The notes under the pieces: generated by a model
Databases searched by the model: none
The model's input: the letters and a program-made list of their open reading frames with translations, nothing else
Told to the model about the DNA's origin: nothing
Origin: Chloroflexota bacterium
GTDB lineage: Bacteria; Chloroflexota; Limnocylindria; Limnocylindrales; CSP1-4
Direction: 5' to 3'
NCBI GenBank assembly: GCA_003141245.1
Contig: PLLE01000043.1
Location: forward strand, 36,542-100,541
DNA: 64,000 bases
Part shown: positions 29,641-38,078 of the stretch, one piece after another
Layout: every line of letters begins with the position of its first letter
Numbering within the stretch: the stretch's first letter is position 1
Made by a program: the position numbers and the translations under genes

Positions 29641-30540
29641 TCAGCCGGTCACGAGCAGACCGGCCGATCCCAGCGTCGCCAGCCAGCCGGCTCCCATGAC
29701 GACCACGCCGACCGCCTGAACCTCCCAGCCCAGCCGCCGTGCCCGCTCGTTCGGGGAGGCCGCAAGACCCAACCCGAGCCAGCCCAGCACCGCTCCTGCC
29801 AACTCAGCGGCCAGGCTTGCCGGAAGCGGCCCGACGACCACCGATGAGGTCACGACGGCCAGCTGCAAGAGCCCCAGGGTGAAGGCGGATCCGACCAGGG
29901 CGCGACCCCGCCCGAGTGCAGTCGCCACGGAGGCGGCCCCCGCCAGTAGATCTCTTTCGAGATCGGCCAGGGCATTCGCGAGGGCCAGTGTCGTGCCGGC
30001 CACGAATGCCAGGGGCACGATCCCCCAGAAGGCGGGAGACAGCGTGCCGGCGACTCCAAGCCACGCGTACACGGGCAGTAGCCCTACGCCGAGAGCGAAT
30101 GGTACCCAGGAGACGGCGGTCCCCTTGAGACGGAGGTCGTAGATGAGCCCGTCGGCGAGTCCCAACACGCCGACGGCAAACGCCGCTACCCCCACCGAGC
30201 CGGCGGCGCACAACCCCGCGGACGAGGCGACAACCAGGACCGCCACCGCATGGCGCGGATTCACCAGGCCGGCCGGGATTGGCTTGTCGGGACGGCTGAC
30301 TCGATCTCGGGGGGCGTCGGCGAGGTCGTTGGCGGCACCGATGGCGAACTGCAGGCCCAGCATCCCAAGCGCGAGCCGGACGGCGACAGAAGTCTCCGCG
30401 CCGGCGATCAGGGCAATCGTTGCCGCCGCGACAGCGTCCAGCGTCGACGGGAAGGGATGGACGAGACGAAAAAAGCCGACAAGGCGAGCGAGACCGCTCC
30501 GCCGCGGCGAGTCGGCCGTGCGAGACGCCGGATCAGACGT
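29641..30540 (-). CDS. UbiA family prenyltransferase; start probably non-canonical (ACG at 30540)
   Basis: RLVHPFPS, ANDLADAPRD..RPDKPIPAG, NALADLERD; multiple TM. The conserved-looking N-terminus lies upstream of the first ATG (30363). Confidence 0.8.
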   Translation of the reverse strand, partial: TSDPASRTADSPRRSGLARLVGFFRLVHPFPSTLDAVAAATIALIAGAETSVAVRLALGMLGLQFAIGAANDLADAPRDRVSRPDKPIPAGLVNPRHAVAVLVVASSAGLCAAGSVGVAAFAVGVLGLADGLIYDLRLKGTAVSWVPFALGVGLLPVYAWLGVAGTLSPAFWGIVPLAFVAGTTLALANALADLERDLLAGAASVATALGRGRALVGSAFTLGLLQLAVVTSSVVVGPLPASLAAELAGAVLGWLGLGLAASPNERARRLGWEVQAVGVVVMGAGWLATLGSAGLLVTG

Positions 30541-30898
30541 AGACGATCTCGTCGAAGTTGGCCACCAGGTACTCGATCAGGCGCGCCCTGGCATCGGGGA
30601 GCGCCGCCCGAAGCCCGCCCACGAGGCTGTGGAGTGAGATCGCCGGGACCATCAGATGGCCCTGGGCGTCGAAGCCGACCGTTTGGGGAGCGCCACCGCC
30701 ACGAGCGAATACCCGGCGCAGTTCCGCCTCGTCGAGGTGAGCGGTCCGCTGCACGTCGGTTAGGACCTTGATCACGCCCCGCCGCATGGCGACATCCCTC
30801 ATCAACTCCTTCGACCAGGAATCGAGCTGTTCGTCGGTCTGTTCGCCGAGTCTCTTGCGGTACTCCGTCGGATTGGCGGCAAGGCTCGTAGCGCCCAC
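30533..30898 (-). CDS. Hypothetical protein (121 aa)
   Basis: Strong SD AAGGAGGAG; TGcGATACT -10-like element upstream; globular-looking sequence. Confidence 0.8.
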   Translation of the reverse strand: MGATSLAANPTEYRKRLGEQTDEQLDSWSKELMRDVAMRRGVIKVLTDVQRTAHLDEAELRRVFARGGGAPQTVGFDAQGHLMVPAISLHSLVGGLRAALPDARARLIEYLVANFDEIVYV

Positions 30899-31011
30899 TT
30901 CTCCTCCTTCTACTGTCGGCCGCAGTATCGCAGACTCCGTGCTGGAGCCCCGCGCCTCGGGCTCTGCACGCCGGGGCCGTCGGGACCTCGCCCAGGCGGC
31001 TCGACCGCGGA

Positions 31012-31842
31012 CTACGACGTGGCCCCGGCCGAATCTCCTCGCGGTGGAACCGGTGGTCTTGACCCCTCGGGCCAGTCGTTGAAGAGCTCGGTCAGTCTGC
31101 CGCCGATCCAGCGCGATCGGGGTGGGTCGGGATAGTCATCCACCAACTCGAGGAGGGCGTCTCGGACCCGGGCCGTCAGAACACTGACGGCCTCTGGTGT
31201 CGGTCGATCCCCGCCGATCGGCGATGGCTGGATGGGCGGTCCTACTCTCACACGCACTTGCCTCCTGAAGGCCAGCCAGCTGGTTCCGTTGATGGCCATC
31301 GGAACGATCGGCACGCCCGACCGTAGCGCCATGTAGGCCGGGCCTTCCAGCAGCGGCAGGATCACAGCCTCGCCGGCGTGGATCCTTCCCTCCCCCGCGA
31401 TGGCGATTCGATCGCCGCGGATCAGCAGCTCCTCGACTCGGCGCGTGGCCGCGACAAGCCCGCGCTTGCCGGGCCGGTAGGGCAGAGCCACGCCGCCCCA
31501 ACGCATCAGGCGGTTCCGGACGCCGTGGGTCATGTCCTCCTGTTCGGGCCCGAAGAAGTGAATCCGCGGCCTATCGGGTAATGCAGCGATCACGAAGAAC
31601 GGGTCGACCCAGTTCTGGTGGCTGAAACAGACGATCGCCGGCCCGGAGGGCAGCAGCTCGGCTCCCTCCAGCCTGAATCCTGAATACGCCCTCGTAACGA
31701 CGCCCAGGGCGATCCTGATCAGCCGAAACCGTCGATACGACCTCGCGGGAGCCTGAACCCCGAGTCGATCGGCCCTGGACGCCGAGATCGGGACCGAATC
31801 GCCCCCCTCGGGCATTCGCTCGCCGGACGGCCTTCTGAACAT
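31012..31842 (-). CDS. plsC: 1-acyl-sn-glycerol-3-phosphate (lysophospholipid) acyltransferase family
   Basis: HQNWVD (HxxxxD), AGEGR, GVPIVPMAI. ATG 31842 lies 6 nt after TGgCATACT. Confidence 0.82.
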   Translation of the reverse strand: MFRRPSGERMPEGGDSVPISASRADRLGVQAPARSYRRFRLIRIALGVVTRAYSGFRLEGAELLPSGPAIVCFSHQNWVDPFFVIAALPDRPRIHFFGPEQEDMTHGVRNRLMRWGGVALPYRPGKRGLVAATRRVEELLIRGDRIAIAGEGRIHAGEAVILPLLEGPAYMALRSGVPIVPMAINGTSWLAFRRQVRVRVGPPIQPSPIGGDRPTPEAVSVLTARVRDALLELVDDYPDPPRSRWIGGRLTELFNDWPEGSRPPVPPRGDSAGATS

Positions 31843-31947
31843 GGCGCGAGTATGCCAAGCCGGAGGGGCCAGCGCTCTGGAGTGGGACTCGCAGCGACCC
31901 GGCGTGGGCGCCCGGAGTCTCCCCGCCGCGCCCCCTGACTGAGCATC

Positions 31948-32015
31948 TTGACATGTTCTCGAAATTGAGTACGCTTGTTCCATGTTTGAGAGCGATCGTA
32001 CCGTGATTGAGAACA
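31948..32015 (+). promoter_or_regulatory. Promoter overlapped by three phased operator-like repeats
   Basis: TTGACA-N16-TACGCT; TTGAG at 31965, 31986 and 32007 (21-bp period), each within an imperfect GTWC...GWRC palindrome. Confidence 0.65.
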
Positions 32016-32413
32016 TCTCGGGGGTTGACTTGGTGATCGGCAGGTCAACCGTTCGACGCCGAATCCTCGCCCTCCTGATGGCCGGGCCGGAGCGGCGTTT
32101 GCACCTGCGCGAGATCCAGCGTCGTGCCACCACCAGCCCGGGCACCGCCAGCCGAGAACTTGGGCGACTCGTCGCCTCGGGCCTCGTCGAGCGCGAGGCC
32201 GAGGGGCACCAGGTCTACTTCCGCACCATCACCTCGCCCTATGCGACGATGATCCGGACCCTGCTCGGGGTCCCCGCCGCGCCGGCGTCGGCAGCCGAAC
32301 CGATCGCCCCGCCTCCTGCCGAACCCGAGACCGAGGGCGAGGGCGAGTCTCGTCAGTTGATGCTGTTCACCAGCGCGCCGCTACGCGACGATTGCCGCGA
32401 CCGATGGGCCTGA
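31982..32413 (+). CDS. Winged-HTH (ArsR/MarR-like) regulator
   Basis: RRRILALL...LHLREIQRR...GTASRELGRLVASGLVEREAEGHQVYF. Confidence 0.8.
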   Translation: MFESDRTVIENISGVDLVIGRSTVRRRILALLMAGPERRLHLREIQRRATTSPGTASRELGRLVASGLVEREAEGHQVYFRTITSPYATMIRTLLGVPAAPASAAEPIAPPPAEPETEGEGESRQLMLFTSAPLRDDCRDRWA

Positions 32414-32424
32414 CAAGACAGCCG

Positions 32425-33009
32425 ATGGAGCCAGGCGATCGGCCACGCTGCTGGTGGCCGAATGGGATCGCCGGGGTCGACTCGCTCATGGTCGCCTATC
32501 ACGATGAGGAGTGGGGCGAGCCCGTCTCGGACGACCGCACGCTGTTCGAGCGCCTTGCGCTGGAAGGCTTCCAGGCCGGACTCTCCTGGGCGACGATCCT
32601 GCGCAAGCGCGAGGCCTTCCGCCGAGCCTTCGTCGACTTCGAGCCGAAGGTCGTCGCCGGATTCGGCGATCTCGACCGTGAACGCCTCCTGGCGGACCCC
32701 GGAATCGTCCGCAATCGAGCCAAGATCGACGCCACGATCGGCAACGCCGCGCAGGTCCTGGCCCTCGCTGCCGAATGCGGCTCTTTCGCGGCCTATCTGG
32801 CGGCCAGGCTTCCTCGCCCCACCCCTACGTTGGCACACGGATCGGGCTGGGCGGACGTGCCGGCAACCGCGCCGGAATCCGACGCACTGTCGGCCGACTT
32901 GCGTCGTCTAGGCTTCCGATTCGTCGGCTCGACGATCGTCTACAGCTTCATGCAAAGCGTCGGCCTCGTGGACGACCATCTGCCCGGCTGCTACCGGCAT
33001 CGCGGCTGA
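32425..33009 (+). CDS. tag: DNA-3-methyladenine glycosylase I
   Basis: RCWW, YHDEEWG, LEGFQAGLSWATILRKRE, IVRNRAKI, FVGSTI, DHLPGC. Start could also be 32404. Confidence 0.93.
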   Translation: MEPGDRPRCWWPNGIAGVDSLMVAYHDEEWGEPVSDDRTLFERLALEGFQAGLSWATILRKREAFRRAFVDFEPKVVAGFGDLDRERLLADPGIVRNRAKIDATIGNAAQVLALAAECGSFAAYLAARLPRPTPTLAHGSGWADVPATAPESDALSADLRRLGFRFVGSTIVYSFMQSVGLVDDHLPGCYRHRG

Positions 33010-33095
33010 CCGACGCCCGACCGACGCCCGACCGGCGCGTCGATTCCGTGTATGAGAGAAGTTCCCCAGGGAGGGTCGCTTGTCGCGAAGTGCGC

Positions 33096-33314
33096 CTAGG
33101 ACCCGCTTAGCAGCGTCTCGATGGACCGGGCGGGCATCCGGGTCCTGCGCGAGACGTAGTTGGCAATTCGGGCCGTGTCACAGCCGCATCTTGCGAGAGC
33201 GCGTCGATCCAGTCGCGGCCAGATGACCATCGCGCGAACGGCAGCGGGACACAGGTCCCGCGCGCGTGTGCTCATCGGGCGTGTCAGGGGCTCGACCGCC
33301 ATCGAGATCGCCAT
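33096..33314 (-). CDS. Small hypothetical protein, weakly CsbD-like
   Basis: SD AGGAAAGG and its own promoter; the pattern WPRLDRRALARCGCDTARIANYVSRRT resembles the CsbD helical hairpin. Confidence 0.6.
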   Translation of the reverse strand: MAISMAVEPLTRPMSTRARDLCPAAVRAMVIWPRLDRRALARCGCDTARIANYVSRRTRMPARSIETLLSGS

Positions 33315-33386
33315 TGATCGCCTTTCCTCGCGGAGCCATGAATGGAGTTCGTCCGGTGCGTCCGCTCACCGGACTTTGGGAACATA

Positions 33387-33415
33387 ATCCTAAGTAGAGC
33401 ACTCCAGTATTTCAA
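33387..33415 (-). promoter_or_regulatory. Sigma70-type promoter for the 72-aa gene
   Basis: TTGAAA-N17-TAGGAT in an AT-rich patch. Confidence 0.65.
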
Positions 33416-33759
33416 TATCCTGAAACCGGCGGAAGGGTTGCGAAAGAAGTCGAACGAACTTCTGCACTGTCCCGTCTGAATGGCCGGCGATACGGCAACG
33501 CCTGGGCCGACAGGATGGCGCCGCTGCTCGATCGGCGGCGGGCAGCGCGAACTTCCGAGGGCCATCCGGGGGAGACGGCGGCGACGCTGCCAGTCAGCCT
33601 GCGCCGCCGCTGGCGGCAGCATTGCACAATTCTGAATCGCGTGCCTGCGGCGCAGGACGGCGCGAGCGGCGTGCCTGTCGGCCAGTTCCTCGAGCCTGCC
33701 GGCCAGCGCTGCTCGAACGTCTCCGGGGCGCTTCTCGGGCGCGGCACCATAATGCAACC

Positions 33760-34599
33760 ATGACTCGAGACCGTCGTGCGACCGAGCCTTCGTCTCGGAT
33801 GACGGACACCGTGCCGCTCTTCGGACTGCGGCGGGTCGAGCAGATCATGGGCACCGCGATCGGGTTCGACGTACGCGACCCCGACATTCCCGGGGAGGCG
33901 CTCGACCGGGCATTCGATTACTTGCGCCAGGTCGACCTGCGCTTCAGCACCTACAAGCCCGAGAGCGAAGTCAGCCGCCTGAGCCGCGGCGAGATTGTCT
34001 CCGAGGACGAATACAGTCCGGAGCTGCGCCAGGTCCTGGAGCTGTGTGAGGAAGTACGTCAGACAAGCGACGGCTACTTCGACATCCGAGCACATCGATC
34101 CGGAGGCGGGCTGGATCCGTCCGGCCTCGTCAAGGGTTGGTCGCTCGAGGGCGCAGGCCGAATCCTCGAGGCCGCGGGAGCCCGCAACTTCTGCATCAAC
34201 GGCGGCGGCGACATCGTCGTGCGCGGCGAGGCCGCGCCGGCCACGCCCTGGCGAATCGGCATCCGACACCCGCTCCAGGCCGACAAGGTGGCCACGGTCG
34301 TGAGCGTCCGCGACGGGGCGATCGCCACGTCGGGCGCGTACGAGCGAGGCGAGCACGTGCGCGACCCCTTCACCGGGAAGGCGCCCGCCGGCGTGCTCAG
34401 CGTCACGATCGTCGGGCCGAGCCTGACCTACGCCGATGCCTACGCCACGGCCGCCTTCGCGATGGGACCGACCGGCCTTGCCTGGGTGGCCCGACTCGCA
34501 GGCTACGCCGGCTGCGCGATCACCGTCGACCCGGACGGTTCGAATGGACGCCTGACGTGGACCCCCGGCTTCGAGCGCTGCTTCGCCGACCACCGCTGA
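33760..34599 (+). CDS. apbE: ApbE family FAD:protein FMN transferase, no signal peptide
   Basis: IMGT, RFSTYKPESEVSRL, LDPSGLVKGW, INGGGDI, WRIGIRHP, IATSGAYERG, ADAYATA. ATG lies 6 nt after CATAAT. Confidence 0.9.
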   Translation: MTRDRRATEPSSRMTDTVPLFGLRRVEQIMGTAIGFDVRDPDIPGEALDRAFDYLRQVDLRFSTYKPESEVSRLSRGEIVSEDEYSPELRQVLELCEEVRQTSDGYFDIRAHRSGGGLDPSGLVKGWSLEGAGRILEAAGARNFCINGGGDIVVRGEAAPATPWRIGIRHPLQADKVATVVSVRDGAIATSGAYERGEHVRDPFTGKAPAGVLSVTIVGPSLTYADAYATAAFAMGPTGLAWVARLAGYAGCAITVDPDGSNGRLTWTPGFERCFADHR

Positions 34600-34619
34600 A
34601 CACCGGCGATCGTCGAGCT

Positions 34620-34659
34620 CAGCGGTAGCAGCCCGGGATCCAGCGGCAGCAGCCCGGGG
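34620..34659. repeat. Short intergenic direct repeat
   Basis: cagcggtagcagcccggga / cagcggcagcagcccgggg, 21-bp period, between convergent genes. Confidence 0.5.
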
Positions 34660-34669
34660 ACGCTCACGC

Positions 34670-36037
34670 CTACCAGAGGAACGGTCGAATGCCCAGCGCC
34701 GACTGGGCGGCGATGGCCGCCAGATAGCCAGCCAGGAGCAAGAGCGCCACGACCATGTGCAGCTGGATGTTGGTCCCCATCGACGCCATGAGGGCGTAGG
34801 GGTTGTCGTAGAAGAGGATCAGACCGCCGTGAACCCGGCGGGCCAGCGGGACCGCCAGCAGCACTATGAGGGTGGGCACCGGCAACAGCCCGACCGCCAC
34901 TCCCCCGCCGACCGCCACGAATGCCGCGGCGGCGGCAACGTCCCAGCCGCGGATCACCGCCGCCTGCGACCAGCGCACCGGCAGCGTTCGCTTGCCCGCC
35001 TTCGCGTCGCCGGTCCGGTCGGGGATCTCATTCACATACAGGATGAGCATCACCAGCAGGGCAACGGGGATCGAGGCGACGAAGGCTTCCCAGGAGAGCG
35101 AGCCACGGGTCTGGACGACGTAGGCGCCGAGAAGCATCACCGGCCCGAACCCGATCGCGGTGGCAATCTCGCCCAGACCGCGATAGACCAGCTTGAACGG
35201 CGGCATGGTGTAGGCCAGGCTGATGAAGAGGCCGACAGCCGAGATGACGACCAGCGCCACGGACCCGCGCATGGCGAAGAGGGCCAGCCCCAACGCCCCG
35301 GCGAGGAGGTAGCAGCCGAGCGCCAGCAGCGACATGCCGCGCATGGAGATGAGCCCGTTCTGGAGGACGCGCGAGCCGCCGCTGAACTTGGTCGGCGTGG
35401 CGTTGGCGTCGTCGGCGCCCTGCATCGTGTCGAAGACGTCGTTGGCGACGTTGAGCCCGAAATGGACGACGCTGGCGGCCACGACGGTGATCAGCGCAGT
35501 CGCCGGGTCGAAGAACCCGGCCCGCGCCGCCACGGCCAGTCCGAGCAACACCGGCGCGAAGGTCGCGCTCAGGAACGGCGCCCGGGTCGCGCGAAAGAGC
35601 AGCCAGCCGGTCGAGAGCCGCGGACGAACCCTCCTACCGCGCTCGGCGGAGAGCGCCTCGAAGTAGCGACGGGCCTTGGGCACGTCGCGTTCGTAGGCGG
35701 CCGGGAGCGGCAGGTCGCGCTCATCCCAGGCCCACGTTCGGGTCACGCGAACGGCCAGGCGGCCGTGGGACTCGGCCGAGGCCGCGCCCCACGCAGTCAC
35801 GTGGCTGCGCTCGTCGAAGCCGCCCTGCAGGCCGGGCCGGATGTGGCTGCCCGTGACCGCGACGCTGGCACCGGTCGGAATCGCGAACCCGGTCGGGGCC
35901 GCGAATCGGACGATCCCCTCCCCCGCCCGGACCTCCGCCGCGACGACGACGTTGACCGGGTATCCGTCCTCTCCGACCCAGGCCAGGACCGCCTGCGGGA
36001 AATCCGCCAGCTTCGCGAGATCGTCGGTCGCGCTCAC
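34670..36037 (-). CDS. MenA-like prenyltransferase fused to an N-terminal split-barrel-like domain of about 140 aa
   Basis: C-terminal RATRAPFL, NVANDVFD...FSGGSRVL, YTMPPFKLVYRGLGE, NEIPDRTGDAKAGKRTL; N-terminal AVLAWVGEDGYPV resembles PNPOx folds. Confidence 0.85.
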   Translation of the reverse strand: MSATDDLAKLADFPQAVLAWVGEDGYPVNVVVAAEVRAGEGIVRFAAPTGFAIPTGASVAVTGSHIRPGLQGGFDERSHVTAWGAASAESHGRLAVRVTRTWAWDERDLPLPAAYERDVPKARRYFEALSAERGRRVRPRLSTGWLLFRATRAPFLSATFAPVLLGLAVAARAGFFDPATALITVVAASVVHFGLNVANDVFDTMQGADDANATPTKFSGGSRVLQNGLISMRGMSLLALGCYLLAGALGLALFAMRGSVALVVISAVGLFISLAYTMPPFKLVYRGLGEIATAIGFGPVMLLGAYVVQTRGSLSWEAFVASIPVALLVMLILYVNEIPDRTGDAKAGKRTLPVRWSQAAVIRGWDVAAAAAFVAVGGGVAVGLLPVPTLIVLLAVPLARRVHGGLILFYDNPYALMASMGTNIQLHMVVALLLLAGYLAAIAAQSALGIRPFLW

Positions 36038-36513
36038 CGGGCCGCCTCTGCCGTGTTCACCGCGGGTGCGCCGTCGGTTCGGCCGTCGGCCCAGTAGAGC
36101 GTCCGCTTGGGAGTGAGTTCGATCAGCGCCCGTTCAAAGATCAGCGGGAACCCCACGCGCGCCTTCAGCAGCGCCGGGATCGAGGGATCCTTGCGTCCGA
36201 TCTCGGGCAGCAGGCGCTCCCACCCGGAGTGAAGATCGTCCTCGATCACGCGCGCGTCGCCCTGGATCGTGGCTCGCTCGGTCCTGCCGGCCGACGTGGC
36301 CGGGTCGGTCACGGAGAGGCAGACCCTGGGGTTCGACTTGATGTGGCCGAGCTTTCGGCTGTCGAGCGCGCTCGAGGTCATGACAATGCGGTCGTCATCG
36401 AGGACCGGCACGAGCGGATAGGTCATCGGACGGCCGTCTTCCGCGACGACCGTCAACTCGCCGACGAGGGCAGCGTCCACCAGGCGCGCAACCGGATCAG
36501 GCAGCAAGGGCAC
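36034..36513 (-). CDS. Pyridoxamine 5'-phosphate oxidase-like (split-barrel) protein
   Basis: LTVVAEDGRPMTYP, SRKLGHIKSNPRVCLSV, TIQGDARV. SD GGAGA before GTG 36513; TACAAT upstream; stop overlaps the next start (GTGA). Confidence 0.85.
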   Translation of the reverse strand: MPLLPDPVARLVDAALVGELTVVAEDGRPMTYPLVPVLDDDRIVMTSSALDSRKLGHIKSNPRVCLSVTDPATSAGRTERATIQGDARVIEDDLHSGWERLLPEIGRKDPSIPALLKARVGFPLIFERALIELTPKRTLYWADGRTDGAPAVNTAEAAR

Positions 36514-36568
36514 GTTGATCTCCGAGACGGGACGACAATGGGAAGGTGGCCGCGCAGATTGTACGTGC

Positions 36569-37330
36569 CTAGCGGGCCCGGTCACGGTCCGGGGAGCCAC
36601 CGAAGAGGCGGACCGAAGCGGCGCTGGCCTCGTGCTGCTCCGTGGTGATCAACTGGCGGCGATCCGACGTGCTGTTGTGGGCGTACTCGGCGAGGGCCTT
36701 CTGCAGCGTCTCCAATCGGGCGAGCTGGACGGCCAGGACCCCGCTCCAACGGCTCTGCACTTCCTTCGGGCCGGCGGCCGCGGCAGTCCACAGCGCGCAC
36801 ATGTCGTCCAGGCAGATCTCGCCGCCGCCCAGCGCCGCGGACCACGCCGCATCCGCCGAGAGCTCCAGAAGCCGGCTCACCGCCGTCCGCGAGGCCTCCT
36901 CGGCCCGGGCGCATACGGGGCACCGGGGCGCGGCCAGTTCCGCCAGCCGACGCCCCTGCGCGGCGGCGTTCGCGCCTGAGAGCTTCTCCAGGGCCGCCAG
37001 GCGCCGCCGCAGGATGGCGTCCAGCAGAACCGCCGTAGCGAGCTGGCTGCTCGTCTGCAGCAGCTCCATCTTCGAGAGGCCGACGCTGTGCGGCTGGCAG
37101 AAGCCCACGCCCTTGTCCAGCTCTGCCCGGAAGCCCCTGTCCGTAGCCCCCTCGCGCGCCAGACCGCGCAGGGCCGCGTGGGAGGCCTCCTGGCGGGCAT
37201 CGCAGATCGGGCAGCGACCGCCCTCGAGGGCCTCGGCCAGGCGGATCTCCTCGAAATCGCGAGCGGGCAGCTTGCCCGGCTGCCCGCTCATCGGTCGAGT
37301 GTCGTTACGATCGGCCACGTCATCGGCCAA
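36569..37330 (-). CDS. Cys/His-rich protein, DUF6062-like
   Basis: Duplicated CPIC...FCQPH and CPVC...ICLDD modules. Confidence 0.7.
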   Translation of the reverse strand: MADDVADRNDTRPMSGQPGKLPARDFEEIRLAEALEGGRCPICDARQEASHAALRGLAREGATDRGFRAELDKGVGFCQPHSVGLSKMELLQTSSQLATAVLLDAILRRRLAALEKLSGANAAAQGRRLAELAAPRCPVCARAEEASRTAVSRLLELSADAAWSAALGGGEICLDDMCALWTAAAAGPKEVQSRWSGVLAVQLARLETLQKALAEYAHNSTSDRRQLITTEQHEASAASVRLFGGSPDRDRAR

Positions 37331-37343
37331 GCCTAGCTCCCCA

Positions 37344-38078
37344 TCAACCCCGCCGCGTCATCGCCGCGTACGTGACCGCAAAGCCGAGCACGCACCACAC
37401 CGCAAGCGTCAGGAACGCACCGGGCGGCAGGGGGAATTCGTTCGGCGCGATAGTGCCGCGGGTCACCTCACCCATCGCCTGGATCGGCAGTAGCCGGTGG
37501 ATCGTCTCCAGCCAGCCAGGCAGCTTGTCGGGCAGGAAGGTCAGCGGCGAGAACATGAAGACGAAGACGACGATCGCCTGGGTGATGATCACGGTGAGCA
37601 TGTACGGCAGGACTGACGCCAGGGCGTAGCCCACGCAAGTCGAGGTCAAGGCCACCATCAGAACGGCTGGGATGACCAGCGGGCTGACCTGCAGGTCCAG
37701 GCCGAACCGCCAGGCCCCAACGAGCACGCCCAGGACCACACCCGGCACGACGATCGCGAGCCAGACCGTGAGGTCGGCGACAAGGTAGGAAAGCCTCGGG
37801 ACCGGCAGCGAGCGCATGTAGGCGAGGCTGCCCTCTGTCTTCTGCTCGCCCACCGTCTGGGGCAGGGCCACCAGTCCGACCGAGAGCATGGAGATCGCAG
37901 GCGCGCCGGTGGCGATCAGGTAGACCGTCACCCGGTCCAGCGTCGGGAAGAGAAGCGGATAGCCGAGCACGATACCGAGCGAGAAGAGGGTCTGAACCGC
38001 CATCATCAACGGCAGGTAGGCCTTCTTGCGCAGGGCCTGCCAGGTCACGAGCAACCGATAGCTACGCAGCGCTTGCAT
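37344..38078 (-). CDS. ABC-2 type exporter permease
   Basis: 6 TM; EGSLAYMRSLPV, FSPLTFLPDKLPGWL; SD GGAGAG. Confidence 0.88.
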   Translation of the reverse strand: MQALRSYRLLVTWQALRKKAYLPLMMAVQTLFSLGIVLGYPLLFPTLDRVTVYLIATGAPAISMLSVGLVALPQTVGEQKTEGSLAYMRSLPVPRLSYLVADLTVWLAIVVPGVVLGVLVGAWRFGLDLQVSPLVIPAVLMVALTSTCVGYALASVLPYMLTVIITQAIVVFVFMFSPLTFLPDKLPGWLETIHRLLPIQAMGEVTRGTIAPNEFPLPPGAFLTLAVWCVLGFAVTYAAMTRRG

